The translations under genes and the position numbers were made by a program. From the NCBI RefSeq assembly GCF_039654945.1, contig NW_027361848.1:1-64000 (forward strand): DNA of 64,000 bases, given 5' to 3'. Below, piece after piece: positions 41,539-54,584 of this stretch (position 1 is its first letter; every line of letters begins with the position of its first letter). Source of the stretch: Dendrobates tinctorius. Its lineage: Eukaryota. The notes under the pieces are model-generated. The model worked only from the letters and a program-made list of their open reading frames with translations, ran no database searches and had not been told where the DNA came from.

Positions 41539-42809
41539 CAGTGCCTTGCGAAAGTATTCGGCCCCCTGGAACTTTTCAACCTTTTCCCACATATCATGCT
41601 TCAAACAAAGATACCAAATGTAAATTTTTGGTGAAGAATCAACAAGTGGTACACAATTGTGAAGTTGAATTAAATTTATTGGTTATTTTAAATTTTGGGG
41701 AAATTCAAAAACTGATAAGTGGGGCGTGCAATATTATTCAGTCCTTTTACTTTCAGTGCAGCAAACTCACTCCAGAAGTTCATTGTGGATCTCTGAATGA
41801 TCCAATGTTGTCCTAAATGACTAATGGTGATAAATATAATCCACCTGTGTGTAATCAAGTTTCCGTATAAATGCACCTGCTCTGTGATAGTCTCAGGGTT
41901 CTGTTTGATGCACAGAGAGCATCATGAAGGCCAAGGAACACAAGAGGCAGGTCCGTGATACTGTTGTGGATCTGGATACAAAATGATTTCCAAAACTTTA
42001 AACATCCCAAGGAGCACTGTGCAAGCGATCATATTGAAATGGGAGTATGATACCACTGCAAATCTACCAAGATCTGGCCGTCCCTCGAAACCTACATCTC
42101 AAACAAGGAGAAGACTGATCAGAGATGCAGCCAAGAGGCCCATAATCACTCTGGATGACCTGCAGAGATCTACAGCTGAGGTGGGACAGTCTGTCCATAG
42201 GACAACAATCAGTCATACACTGCACAAATCTGGCCTTTATGGAAGAGTGGCAAGAAGAAAGCCATTTCTCAAAGATATTCATAAAAAGTGTTGTTTACAG
42301 TTTGCAACAAGCCAAACATATGGAAGATGGTGCTCTGGCCAGATGAAACCAAAATCAAACTTTTTGGCAACAATGCCAAACGATATGTTAGGTGTAAAGG
42401 CAACATCGCTCATCACCCTGAACACACCATCCCCACTGTCAAATATGGTGGTGGCATCATGGTTTGGGCCTGATTTTCTGCAGCAGGGACAAGAAAGATG
42501 GTTAAAATTGATGGGAAGATGGACGGAGCCAAATACAGGACTATTCTTGAAGAAAACCTGTTGGAGTCTGCAAAAGACCTGAGACTGGGACGGAGATTTG
42601 TCTTCCAACAAGACAACGATCCCAAACATAAAAAAAAAAAAATCTACAATGGAATGGTTCACAAATAAACGTATCCAGGTGTTCGACTGTGTCCCACTTG
42701 TTTCTACTTCTTCACCAAAAATTTACATTTGGTATCTTTATGTTTGAAGCATGATATGTGGGAAAAGGTTGAAAAGTTCCAGGGGGCCAAATACTTTCGC
42801 AAGGCACTG
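41539..42809 (+). mobile_element. Internally deleted Tc1-like transposon
   Basis: TA-cagtgccttgcgaaagtatt TIRs (over 100 bp). Decayed transposase at about 41923-42685 lacks its C-terminus. Confidence 0.88.
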
Positions 42810-43841
42810 TATGTGTCCTGTTTTGGTCAATCAATTGAATAAAATTATTGTTTGTTATATATTTTTCTATACTAAGGTGTGCACTTTTTTTTATGCATTG
42901 GTCTCCTTTTCTCTTTTGGCCGACCACCACCTGTGAACTGGGCATGCTCCCTTGGCTGTCCATGTCACAGCTGTCAGCACAGCTGTCAGGTGGAGGGAAG
43001 GAGAAGCACCATGTTATTGTAGCCCAGAGCGAGGATCTGAGCTAATATTAATATTTTTTATTTATATAGCGCCAACATATTACGCAGCGCTACTCCATAA
43101 GCTACAAATTTCCAGTCATGGCTCACGCAGTGTTCAGCAGTGACAGGAAGCAGCGAGCACAGGCTGGCAGCATACTGATGTCAGGCTACCGCGTTTTTAT
43201 CACTGCTTGAAGTCACTGCCGTAGTCCTGCTCTCACTGTTCAGAGCTGGATTATAGAGAGGACTTCTTCCAGCGGTGAGGACAAGTCAGTAGCCTGACAT
43301 TAGCAGTACAATGTCAGTGTGCCAGACCCATGCTCACTGCTGTCACTGGAGTGTTCAAAGCACAGAAACATGGATTTTTTTTGAGTACTCACTGTAAAAT
43401 CCTTTTCTCCGAGACGCTCATTGGGGGACACAGACTGTGGATGTATGCTACTGCCGTCTGGAGGCTGACACTAGGTATACAAAAAACAAGTTAGCTCCTC
43501 CGCCGCATACACCCTCGCCCCGATAGCGGGCGGAAACCAGTTTAGTGCAAAAGCAGTAGGAGAACATAAATTAGCCTTAACGCAGAAAATCATATGTCTG
43601 AAAAAGGACCACCCTACATTAAACAAGGAATTATACTAATCAAATAAACAAGAGCCAACTGGCTATCAGGGTGGGTGCTGTGTCCCCCAATGAGCATCTC
43701 GGAGAAAAGGATTTTACGGTGAGTACTCACAAAAATCCATGTTTCTCCTTCGTCTCATTGGGGGACACAGACTGTGGGACGTCCTAAAGCAGTCCCTGGG
43801 TGGGAGGACAACTCACCGATCCAAGCCGCATGCCCTCCTGT

Positions 43842-44884
43842 CTAAAAGGTGTGCCACTGCTGCTTGGAGAATTTTTCTACCCAGGCTCGCATCCGACGAG
43901 GCCCGAGTATGCACATTGTAATGCTTACAAAAGGTGGGCAGGCTGGACTAGGTTGCTGCTTTGCATACCTGCTCTGCCGAAGCCTGGTGCCGAAGCGCCC
44001 AAGAGGCGCCCACTGCCCGAGTAGAGTGCGCCCCTATCCCTGTTGGAATGGGTGCGCCTCTAATACGGTAAGCCTCCTGAATAGTTAGGCGAATCCATCT
44101 GGCTATGGTCGACCGTGAGGCTGCGAGCCCCTTCCTGCGCCCTTTGGGAATCACAAATGAGTCCGTCTGGCGAAAAGGTGCTGTCCTTGACACGTACCTC
44201 CTGAGAGCTTTTACCAGATTTAAAAGAGTGGAGCGCCCTTTCCACTCTGTGTACTGGCGCTGGACAAAACGAAGGCAGAACAATGTCCTCATTAATATGG
44301 AAAGAGGACACGACCTTCGGCAGAAAAGGCGGCGGTGGTCTAAGGACTACTTTATCCTTAAAAAAAGTCAGAAAAGGAGCTCTGCAAGATAATGCTCCCA
44401 ACTCCGAGACCCGCCTAATGGAAGTTATGGCTACCAAGAATACAACCTTCCTGGAGATATATGACAATGAAATTTCCTGTAACGGTTCAAACGGGGCTTC
44501 CTGTAGGACACTCAGGACCAGGTTAAGGTCCCAGGCGTCTATGGGTGCTCTATAGGGGGGAATTAAATGAGAGACCCCTTGAATGAACGTCTTGACCTGC
44601 ATATTGGTAGCGATCTTTCGCTGAAAAAGGACCGACAAGGCCGATATCTGCCTCCTGAGGGAACTCGGTGCCAACCCTGCGTCTAGGCCAGACAGCAGAA
44701 AAGCCAGGATGTTGGGGACCGAAAAGGATAATGGCGCAACCCCATGTTCTCGACACCAATGAAAGAAAACTTTCCAAGTGTTATGATAAATACTCGCCGA
44801 GGCCGGCTTCCGGGCGCTAACCATTGTAGCAACCACTTCACGCCCAAACCCCGCCCGGGTCAGAACCCAAGATTCAACGGCCAT
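43842..44884 (-). pseudogene. DIRS tyrosine recombinase (disrupted)
   Basis: MAVESWVLTRAG..., ITSIRRVSELGAL, FLPKVVSSFHINEDIVLPSF, AHSTRAVGAS. Confidence 0.88.
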
Positions 44885-46770
44885 GCTGTCAAAGCCAGGG
44901 CCCCTAAGTTCGGGTGACAGATCGGCCCCTGAGACAGTAAGTCTGGCCGTTCCGGTAGATGCCAAGGCACGTCTGCGAGGAGCTGCACTAGATCCACGTA
45001 CCATACTCGACTGGGCCAGTCTGGGGCCAGCAGAATTGCCGGGACCCCCTCTGTCTTGATCTTTCTGATGACCCTCGAGAGAAGTGGCAGTGGGGGAAAC
45101 AGGTATGGGAGCCGAAACCGGTTCCACGGTAGGACCAGCGCATCCACTGCGATTGCTCGCGGGTCCTGAGACCGAGCGACAAACGTGCCCACTTTGGCGT
45201 TCTCCGTGGAAGCCATCAGATCCACGTCTGGAGTCACCCACCATTGGCAAATCTGCTGAAAGACCTCGGGGTGAAGGGACCATTCCCCGGCCGCGACGCC
45301 TTACCGGCTTAGGAAATCTGCTGCCCAATTTTCCACGCCTGGTATGTGCACTGCTGAGATTACCGAGTGGTGCCTCTCGGCCCAACGGAGTACATGCTCT
45401 AGCTCACGCATGGTTGCCCTGCTGCGCGTGCCTCCCTGGTGATTCACGTATGCCACTGCCGTGGCGTTGTCTGACTGAACCCGGACTGGGCGTCCTGCTA
45501 GCAAGTGCTGAAAATGCTGCAGTGCCAACCGCACCGCTCGAATCTCAAACAGGTTGATCGGGAGACGAGCCTCCTGAGGCGACCATTGCCCCTGAGCCGT
45601 GTGATGGCGGAAGATTGCCCCCCAACTGAAAAGACTTGCATCGGTCATGATCACCAACCACTGAGCTGGGGGAAAGGGCTTCCCCTGACGCAGAGAGGAG
45701 TCGCGCGTCCACCATTGAAGTGCCCGTTGAACCTGAGAGGACAACCTGCACTGATGATCGAGGGAGAACGGACTCCTGTCCCAAGCCGCTAAGAGAGCAT
45801 GCTGCAGGGGACGGAGATGAAATTGAGCAAACGGAATTTCTTCCATCGCCGCCACCATCCTACCTAGAACCCTCATCCCGAACCGGATAGTGTGAGGGCC
45901 CGGTTGAAGACTTCGAACTCCCTGCCGGAGCGCCCGAGCCTTGTTCTGAGGGAGAATTACCAACCCTCGGGAAGGTGTCGAAAATCATCCCTAGGAATGA
46001 GATTCTCTGAGCTGGGGTAAGGGATGACTTATTCCTGTTGACCAACCATCCTAGGCGAGATAGGGTGTCCAGTGTGATGTTGACATTCTCCTCGCATGCC
46101 CGAAAGGACGGCCCCTTTACTAAGAGGTCGTCTAAGTACGGCAAAACCACTATGCCCCGAGAATGTAGAATGGCCATGACGACAGCCATCACCTTCGTGA
46201 ATATCCTGGGGGCTGTGGCCAACCCGAAAGGTAGGGCCACAAATTGGAAATGCCGACCATCGATTGCAAACCGAAGGAACCTTTGATGCGGGGGAAAAAA
46301 AAAAAATCGGGATGTGCAGGTAGGCATCCTGGACATTGATCGAGGCCAAATATTCTCCGTGCTCCATGGACGATATGACCGACCGGAGAGATTCCATGCG
46401 AAAACGCTTGCAGGGTCAACCTGTTCAGGAGCTTTAGGTCCAGAACCGGCCTTACTGTTCCATCCTTCTTGGGGACTACGAACAGGTTAGAATAAAATCC
46501 TTGGGTTCTTTCGCACTCTGGTACAGGGACAATGACCCCGTTGCGCTGCAGCACCTCGATGGCCCCTAGCAATGCCTCTGCCCGGGATTCCGTTTTGGGA
46601 AGCCGGGAAAGAAAAAATCGTCTTGGCGGATCTTTGACAAATTCCAATTTTGTACCTGGAACACACTAATTCTGCCACCCATTCGTCGCGCGCCACTGCG
46701 ACCCAGACGCGGCAGAACCTGGGCAGACGTCCGCCTACTCTGCTGTCCTCGGGTACCGGATGCCTCGAGT
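44860..46770 (-). pseudogene. DIRS RT-RNase H-methyltransferase-like ORF (frameshifted)
   Basis: Motifs LPFGLATAPRIFTK, PYLDDLL, MTDASLFSWG, QSDNATAVAYVNHQGGTRS and PDVDLMAS..DALVLPW..YLFPP..LLAPDWP. Confidence 0.88.
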
Positions 46771-48379
46771 CATTTCGCTGAGGGCCTCTGGGACCTGGCC
46801 CCCCTTGACCTGGGCGGGCAGCCCCGCATCCTACCCAGCGGGTTGGTTTTATATGTGACCTGACGCTCTTTGTCTTGGCCATAGCGAGGTGGGGCGGAGG
46901 TACTGGCCGCTGCCATCCACCCGGGGGTGCGAAATGCTCGAAAGCGCGCCTGAGGTTGACAAAATGGCAGTCTAATCTTCTGTTGTGGAAGAAAGCTGCA
47001 TTTTCCCCCTGTAGCATCTGCAATGAGCTTGTCTAATTTCTCCCCAAATAGCCTATTACCCTGAAACGGCAGGGAAGTCAAAGACTTCTTAGAAATCGAA
47101 TCAGCCCGCCATAGCCTTAACCACAAGGCTCTCCTAATGGCGATTGCATTTGCTGCCGCTAGTGCCGCGCCATAAGCCGCATCCGAAGATGCATTAATTA
47201 AATAGTCACCCGCCATCGCGATCTCACTTGCTACCTCAGCCACTTCAGTCGGCAATTCTCTATCCTGTAGGACCTTATTCAAAGAATCTGACCATGACAT
47301 TATGGCTTTGGCTACCCACGTTGCCGCAAAAGAAGGAAAGAGCGCTAGCCATAAGCCACATCCAAAGATGCATTAATTAAATAGTCACCCGCCATCGCGA
47401 TCTCACTTGCTACCTCAGCCACTTCAGTCGGCAATTCTCTATCCTGTAGGACCTTATTCAAAGAATCTGATCATGACATCATGGCTTTGGCTACCCACGT
47501 TGCCGCAAAAGAAGGAAAGAGCGCTGATCCCGATGCCTCATACACCGAGCGAGCTAAACCTTCTATGAGTCGATCCGTGGGGTCCTTAATGGAAGAACCA
47601 TTAGGTACTGACAAGGATCTTGAGGCCAAGGCCAGGCGTGACACTGGGGGATCCACCACCGGAGATTCCGCCCATTTCTTACAGAGCTCTGATGCGAACG
47701 GATATCTCGTTTCTAGCGTTTTTTGTCCTGAAAAACGCTTGTCTGGACGTTCTCTGTGCCGCTGCACTATGTCCTCGAACTCAGGATGAGTGCTAAACAC
47801 TCTATGCGGTCTCCTGGCCTTCTTAAAGGATACCTTATGACCTGAGGTTAGGGAGACATCATCCTCAATACCCAGAGTCTGATTGTCTACCGTCTCCCGA
47901 TACCCCGGGGTATCTAGGTCCAAGGATTCCTCCCAGTCATCACCTGAACTCTGCTCGCTCCCAGAAAATGGTGACGGTGAGCGAGACGCCGCACTCGCGG
48001 ATGCTGAGGCACCAGAGGGGCCTGGAGACGCAGTATGGGCTCTTTTCCTATGCGTCTGCCTAGAGAGAGTGCGGCCCCTGCAGGCCGGAGGCTCTTGTGA
48101 GGTGGATGAACCCTCCCAAACAGGCGAGCCGTCGTCTCTACCCCTATTCGGGGCCTGAAGGGTCTCAATCGCCTTCGTGAGCGAAACCATGGACCGAGAG
48201 AGTGATGACGCCCATTCTAGGGGATCCAGACCCCTGGGCTCTGTCGCAGGGGAGGGCTCCTGGGCGCGTTCGGAGTCGCAGGCTTCACATAACTTAACAG
48301 TCTGCCCTCGTGGGAACATAACCCCACAGGAAACGCATGCGGCATAAAGGAACGTGTGCGTTTTTCCTTTTCCAGACAT
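46770..48379 (-). pseudogene. DIRS gag-like ORF1, broken by a 179-bp tandem duplication
   Basis: Starts MSGKGKTHTFLYAACVSCG..LCEAC; ORFs 47471-48487 and 46770-47300. Confidence 0.82.
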
Positions 48380-50239
48380 ACTGCTGGCGTAGGCCAAAAA
48401 GAAAAAAAAAAATCCTTTTAAGGTTCGAGGGGAGAGGAGGAGGGTAACCCTGTAATGCCTTAGTGTGGCTCCAGGATGGGGTCGCACTTACCTGCTCCTG
48501 CGTGTCTCTCCCCGTGCTCCTGCAGTCCGCCTGCTGCCTCACTCCTGGGTAAGCTGCGAGTCTATTATCGCAGCCTACCCTGCTTTGCAGCCGGGGCCTC
48601 AATTTTATCCGGCGCCCGCCCTGGTCATAGGGGGCAGCGCCGGATATGACGTCGCACCCAGGGCGGAACTTCCGCCCGCGGCCCAGGCCGAAGCCGCGGG
48701 CTAAATTAAGAGACGGTCCGCCCGCTTGGTATGCTGGCGGACCGCTACCCCGGCCATCCGACTACCCATGCCGCTCCGTCTGCTGGCGGCTCCCCGGGCC
48801 TGAGTCTCCCAGACCGCCCCGGTACCAGGAGGGAGGAGGGGAGTGACGGCGCGAGGAAGGTTAGAGGAGCGGAGGGAGGGAGGAAAAGAAGGGGTTAAAG
48901 GGGGGAAAGGGGGGGGGGATTAACCAACTGATTACCCGGGCTATTGTAAATACTGTCCCCCCCAAGCCGAATGGCCGCCTGACTCCAGCAGCGGCCTCTC
49001 CACCCGGGGGTAAGCCCACTACCCCCGGCTCCGAAAAACGCTGCCCATGGCCCTCTCCAGCTCATACCTGCGACCTCCAGCTCGATAGCCTAGGTATTTC
49101 CGTTTAGGACGGTGCAGGCACCCTAGCTCCGACCGCCTTGCAGAGGCGAGGGACCGTCCGCCGCCATGCAGCACCGCCGTCATGCGTTGGTGGAGCAGTG
49201 GGGGCCGCACAGACTAGTATTGTGCCTCTGTGCAAGCCCATGGTTTCAATACCTAGGGGTGGACAGGGCTGAGTCTGGCATAGTGTCCCACGTCGCGGGA
49301 AAGGAAACGTGGAGGGACACTCGCACGTGGTCGCTCGTTGCTGGTTTGGGGAAATCGGATCCTTTCAATAGGATGCGTTGCCCCTCTTATCTTCATAAAA
49401 TAAAAAACAAAGAAAAAATAGATGTCTGGGGAAAAGTCCCAGAGATGTCGCTGGAAAGGATACGCGGAGGCGATACTCAACGCGTGCTCGCCCGTTGTTG
49501 GTTTGGGGAGATCGGACCCTTTCTATAGGATCCGTCGCCCCTGTCTCATCTTCATGGTAAACTAGAAAAAAATAGTCTGGAGAGATCCAGATTGCGTGTG
49601 CCTCCATCAGACACTAAGCAAAAATCTGGTTTCCGCCCGCTATCGGGGCGAGGGTGTATGCGGCGGAGGAGGAGCTAACTTGTTTTTTTGTATACCTAGT
49701 GTCAGCCTCCAGACGGCAGTAGCATACACCCACAGTCTCTGTGTCCCCCAATGAGACGAAGGAGAAAAATCATGCTGCTGTTCTCTGATCACTGTAAAGT
49801 CTCATTCAGATGTCTATAAAGTAGAGATGTCTGAATAAAGCTTTACTGCTGCGTCTGCAAAGCGCATCAGAAGAGATATATCAGCAGTAAAGTCTCATTC
49901 AGACGTCCCTGCATTGCAGACATCTGAATCGGACCTTACACTGGCTGAGCCGAGCCATGTATCCAACCCTATGATGTGTACCACCGTCCACTGAGCAATG
50001 GTAGCAGAGGATCCAGCACACGACACCAGATAAAATCAATGTTTATTCCAAAATAGTTAGAAACAACTTCATTAGTGTATATTCCATAAAAAGGTTGGGC
50101 AAATGGGTCCGCTGCTGGGTGTGGAGGGTATTACATATTTTGAACCTTTGAACTCTCTGATTCTTATTTATCACTTTTGTTATAGTTCAAAGGCTTGAAA
50201 TATGTAATAAGTTCCATGTTTAAGAAACTTTTTGCTTAA

Positions 50240-51604
50240 AGGAGCTTTCCCATGAACAAAAGAGCATTTTAATCACTAGATCTTGGAATAAAAAGTTCCA
50301 TAACTGGATGTGATTAAATAAAATATTCCTGTGCTGAGATAATTCTATAAATGTGCCCCTGCTGTGTACTGTGTAATGGCTGTGTCTTACCGTGCAGGAA
50401 AATGGTCTGATCATACTACAGCACCTGGAAAGGGGAGGAAGTAACATAGTATACAGACATTACTGCATGGGTCACGGCTGATGATTTTTGTGAGGTAAAA
50501 CATTTCTCTGCCTGTTATTAAACAATGTTTTACCTCACAGAATTAGCTGTGATCCCGTTGTCCCCACTGTCTGTATCCTCTCTTTTGCTTCCTCCCAGGA
50601 GCTCTGGTATAATCAGACCATGTTCCTGTAATTCAGACACGGCCATTACACAGTACACAGCAGGAGCACATTTATAAGATTACCTCAGCAAAGACACAAT
50701 TTTTTTTAATCCCTTCCCAACATTGGGATTTTCCGCTTTTGTGTTTTCATTTTTTCTCCCCTTCTACCCAGAGCCACAACTTTTTTTTCTACTTTTCTGA
50801 TCAATATGGCCGTGTGAGGGCTTGTTTTTTGCAGGCGAGTTGTACTTTTGAACAACACCATTGATTTTACCATATAATGTACTGGAAACCAGGAAAAAAA
50901 AAAAAAATCAAAGTGCGGTGAAATTAAAAAAAAAGCGTGCAATTCCACAATTTTTTTTTTTTTTTTTTTTTATATCATGTAAATGCTAAAACTGACCTGC
51001 CATTACGATTCTCAAGATCATTAGGAGTTCACAGATACCAAAACATGTATAGGTTTTTTTTTTACTTAACTGGTGGAAAATGAAAAAAAAAAAAGTTGTG
51101 CTATTTTCCAAGACCCGTAGCGTCTCCATTAAGCCCTGCTATGAGTAGCAGAATTGATAATTTGCTATGAACGCCGGCCACTGGGTGGGGCTAACAGAGC
51201 GGCAACGACAACCACAGTGGTCTCCTGCAGACACTGGGCTGTCATGCCAACCCATCAGCACACCACGATCATGTGACAAGTGCGCTGATGGGTGGGATCA
51301 GTGACGCGCTTCTGGTGCAGCCAAGTTAAATGCTGCTGTCTGAGATTGACAGCGGCATTTAACACGTTAACAGTCTTGGGTGGATTGCAATTCCAACAGC
51401 GGCTGTTAGGGGCACATGTCAGCTGATGAAATCAGCTGTCATGTGCCGGAAAACATGCGGTCTCCGCGCCGGAGCCTGCACTGAATGCAAGGACACAACC
51501 TATGATGTATATACACGTCACAGGTTGTGAAGGAGATAAAACACATCCAAGGTCTATTGGCTAAAATGTTGACTAAAATTAACTTTGTTCGTGAGAAAAC
51601 CCCT
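50240..51604. mobile_element. Kolobok/T2-like MITE with a nested piggyBac-like element (about 50710-51533)
   Basis: TTAA-aggagctttcccatgaacaaa...tttgttcgtgagaaaacccct-TTAA ends, with internal inverted arms at 50330-50690. Confidence 0.65.
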
Positions 51605-53479
51605 TTAATCTTTTTATGGAATATACAATGAAGAACAAGTTTTAAATTATAGAACATTGATTTTATCTGCCCGTGTGTTGGAGACCCTTCTATTCCAAGT
51701 GCTCCGATGCACAGTGTTTGCTGGATAATAGGAGGGTGAGCTGAAAAATACATCTCTTCCTGTTTAGGATTTCTTATCTTCTGAGAAACGTATGTATTCC
51801 CATCCTGTGATACAATATGCTGAGAAGTGTATCTAACCTCATCATGTGTGACAGTCCATGTATTTATTCTAATCATATGTGATCGTGTCAGATAAGCTGT
51901 GTATCTAATCCTATCATGCGTGACAGTGTGTCTAACACTATCATGTGTAATAAATATAGTGAGCAGGAACTCCGCGCTGCCGGCCATCTACTTTGTCAGT
52001 ATCACTTTGCAGTCACCAATAAAAGGTCCCCTCACTTTGATCCTAAACTTCATCCTCCTTTATCCTTTTGCAAACACTCAGATTAGGAGAGGGGTGTCAC
52101 CACAGGTGAGCACATCTCACTCACATTTACTGCAGTCAAAAAGTGTGCTAGCAGTAAGCAGTACACTAGGATTTATGGCAAATTTTACTAAAAACAATTT
52201 TTGATGACTTGAGGAGCTGGCCACAGACTAAATATTATTGGACCTCTTGGCATAGAGCATAGTCCATGTTTCTAAGTGATACATACTTTTTTCAGCACAG
52301 AGCACCGATACATCGATATAATTGTTGTGCTTTATTAGAGATTTAATTGCTCGTCAGTTTAAGGTACACAAATCTCTCCTGAAGCCTCACGAATCAATGT
52401 TTCCATTTAGTGACACTAAGCAGAGGAAGACATGCAGGCTGGATCTCATATATACATAAGCCCTACATCAGTATTTCTGTCCTGCATCTGCTGGGGGCAC
52501 ATGTGTCTTTGTTCCTCTCAGCAGCGGGCATCCCTAATACATAACTCTGCAGACAGGCTGGAGACTGGGCTTCGTGAATATTTTTTAGCAAATGTTTAAA
52601 ACGGGAAGGTGTGAACACTTCTGCCCATCCAGGAGGCCGATTACAGGAGAGGGAGAACGATAAGCCACATATTTATGGAGTATGAGTAACTGGTGCAGTG
52701 CCACTGAAGAGCGAGGTCCTGGTGCCCATGTATAGATGTTCTATGGAGATTGGAGCTGCTTACACATGCTACGGTCGTGGGTTCTGCTATCTGGATTTGA
52801 GGAACTATTCTAAGGACTGTTGCTGCCAGCTGGAGCTAGATACACGTGGTACGGTTGTGGAATCAATCTTCTAGAGGAGCAAGGACTGTGACTACAGACT
52901 ATACTTGCAGGAGAAACTAAAGTAGTGGTCCAACCAAAAGTTGGAAGACCGTGGGTATCATCTGGTATAGGGACAGTGGAACTACTAGCCCGGGGTTGCG
53001 ATCTTGTGAACAGGGTGCATTGCATTGTGGCCATATACGCCGGCATTGTTGCATGACCATGGACGTAAGGAATAAAAAACTGTTGCATCGGTAACCTGCC
53101 AAGGTGATTATTACAACCCACATCCTCAGATCTTCACAACACATCCCTTTTAGCTCTGTACAGGACATAGCATATGGGCTCAATTAGCAGACCCTAGAGA
53201 GAGCCCTTTAAATGGATGTGTTAAAGCCTAAGCACTGATATGGAATGTCGTGGTGTATGGCTTAGACGAGCAGGCTTGCGTTTTGTAATTATTTTAGTTA
53301 GTGGTCAGACTGTCACTACTTTTGCGTGTGATGAGCGCGAGTTGTTGCTATAAACCTAATTCATGGTGTTGGGGTTTAAGTCCTTTGTGCACCAACAATG
53401 TAATCCAAAAGGTGGTGATCTAAAGAGCAAACTGATCTCCCAAATTGTCAAACATTTATACATATGCAAACACACTAAC

Positions 53480-53578
53480 CTGATTACTGTGCGGAGTAAT
53501 GCAGACCTGGCCTCATTATGAAAAGTTATGACAACGCTGGTTGATGGAAGCTCAGTCCTCCAATGTTTTCTACGACAT
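53480..53578 (-). CDS. GALNT2: GALNT2 coding exon (99 bp; [32 protein letters not shown])
   Basis: Translation matches the remembered GalNAc-T2 segment [17 protein letters not shown]. Acceptor is tttttttttctgtaag, donor is cag|gttagt, and the phase is compatible with the next exon. Confidence 0.95.
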
Positions 53579-54584
53579 CTTACAGAAAAAAAAAAAACCA
53601 CTGCATTATACCAGTTACATAGCTTCTCAAAGGCAGATTAAGAAAATGTCATTAAAAGGATCAGTCACAAGGTTTCACCATACAAACGGTATGCATTGTT
53701 AAATAGACATTAGAACTTACCAGGCTGGTATATTTACTTTTAAACGTCATGTCAAAATAGCTGTGTAATCCTGATATTAACCCTTTCCAAAGAACTGCCA
53801 TATTTGTGCTACAGATGTAAGGAGTGCATATATCCAGCAGGTTTAGGGGCGGAGCCAAAACACCAGACATGGCATATGAGGGTCATATAATGCAGCCGGC
53901 ACCTGCCACTAACAGCAACTAGTTCCAATCACTGCTGTGAACAATTTAATTGCTAAGTAATTGCCGATTAGAGCGGTGTGATTTACTAAGCTCCGTTTTG
54001 CCGTTTCAAAACAATCAATGGTTTAATCAGCAGGAGATTACTAAAGGACAACTGATCTCCTGCATGCTAGGCATACCACGCCCCAGCACGAATTAGCAGC
54101 TGCCTGTCATACAATGTACACAGAAAGCTGTGGTGTGGGGAAGTTATACACAGCTCCACAACTAAGCTCTGCCAGACCAGTAGCAGAGAAAACCGAGTAT
54201 CACAACTGCTGCACCCAGTAAACTAAGTGATACACTGCTAGAATCAAGGTCTCTGTCCCCAAATCATGCTGCTGTCAGATTACATAGCAAAACCTGCTGG
54301 CAGATTCCCTTTAAACGGAGTGATCTGGGGCACCCGTCACCTAGTACTGATGGGTTTGGCATCCAATGACGTGGTACTTTAAGTCACCTAACCGAGCAGC
54401 CATTCACAGGCCGCAGAGATATGGTGGCTGTTATAAAGGTGAAGCTTCTACTTCCCCTCATGAATCCAGGGGGTGTCGATAGGTACATATTACTTAGCAT
54501 GTTATTTTCTCCACATCTAGTTCTTTGATAAGGTTTTCTTTTGCCCCACGATCGGCTTTAATTGCACTTCATACTGCAATACAA

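Larger units (their letters stand above)
39968..42921. mobile_element. Old PLE-like insertion with inverted ends, hosting MITEs and a Tc1
   Basis: 40036-40111 is inverse to 42846-42920. An approximate TSD gaccac(ct)cacctgtg lies on both sides. Confidence 0.45.
43369..49767 (-). mobile_element. DIRS1-like retrotransposon (copy B, related to copy A), full length, decayed
   Basis: ITRs (about 43417-43548 vs 49611-49754) and ICR (about 43675-43780). Gag, RT, RNase H, MT-like and YR ORF pieces overlap. Confidence 0.93.

Noticed and set aside
51780-51950. 182-aa ORF 51439-51987 with repeated THD motifs
   Set aside because: It derives from a short degenerate tandem repeat and runs into MITE sequence.
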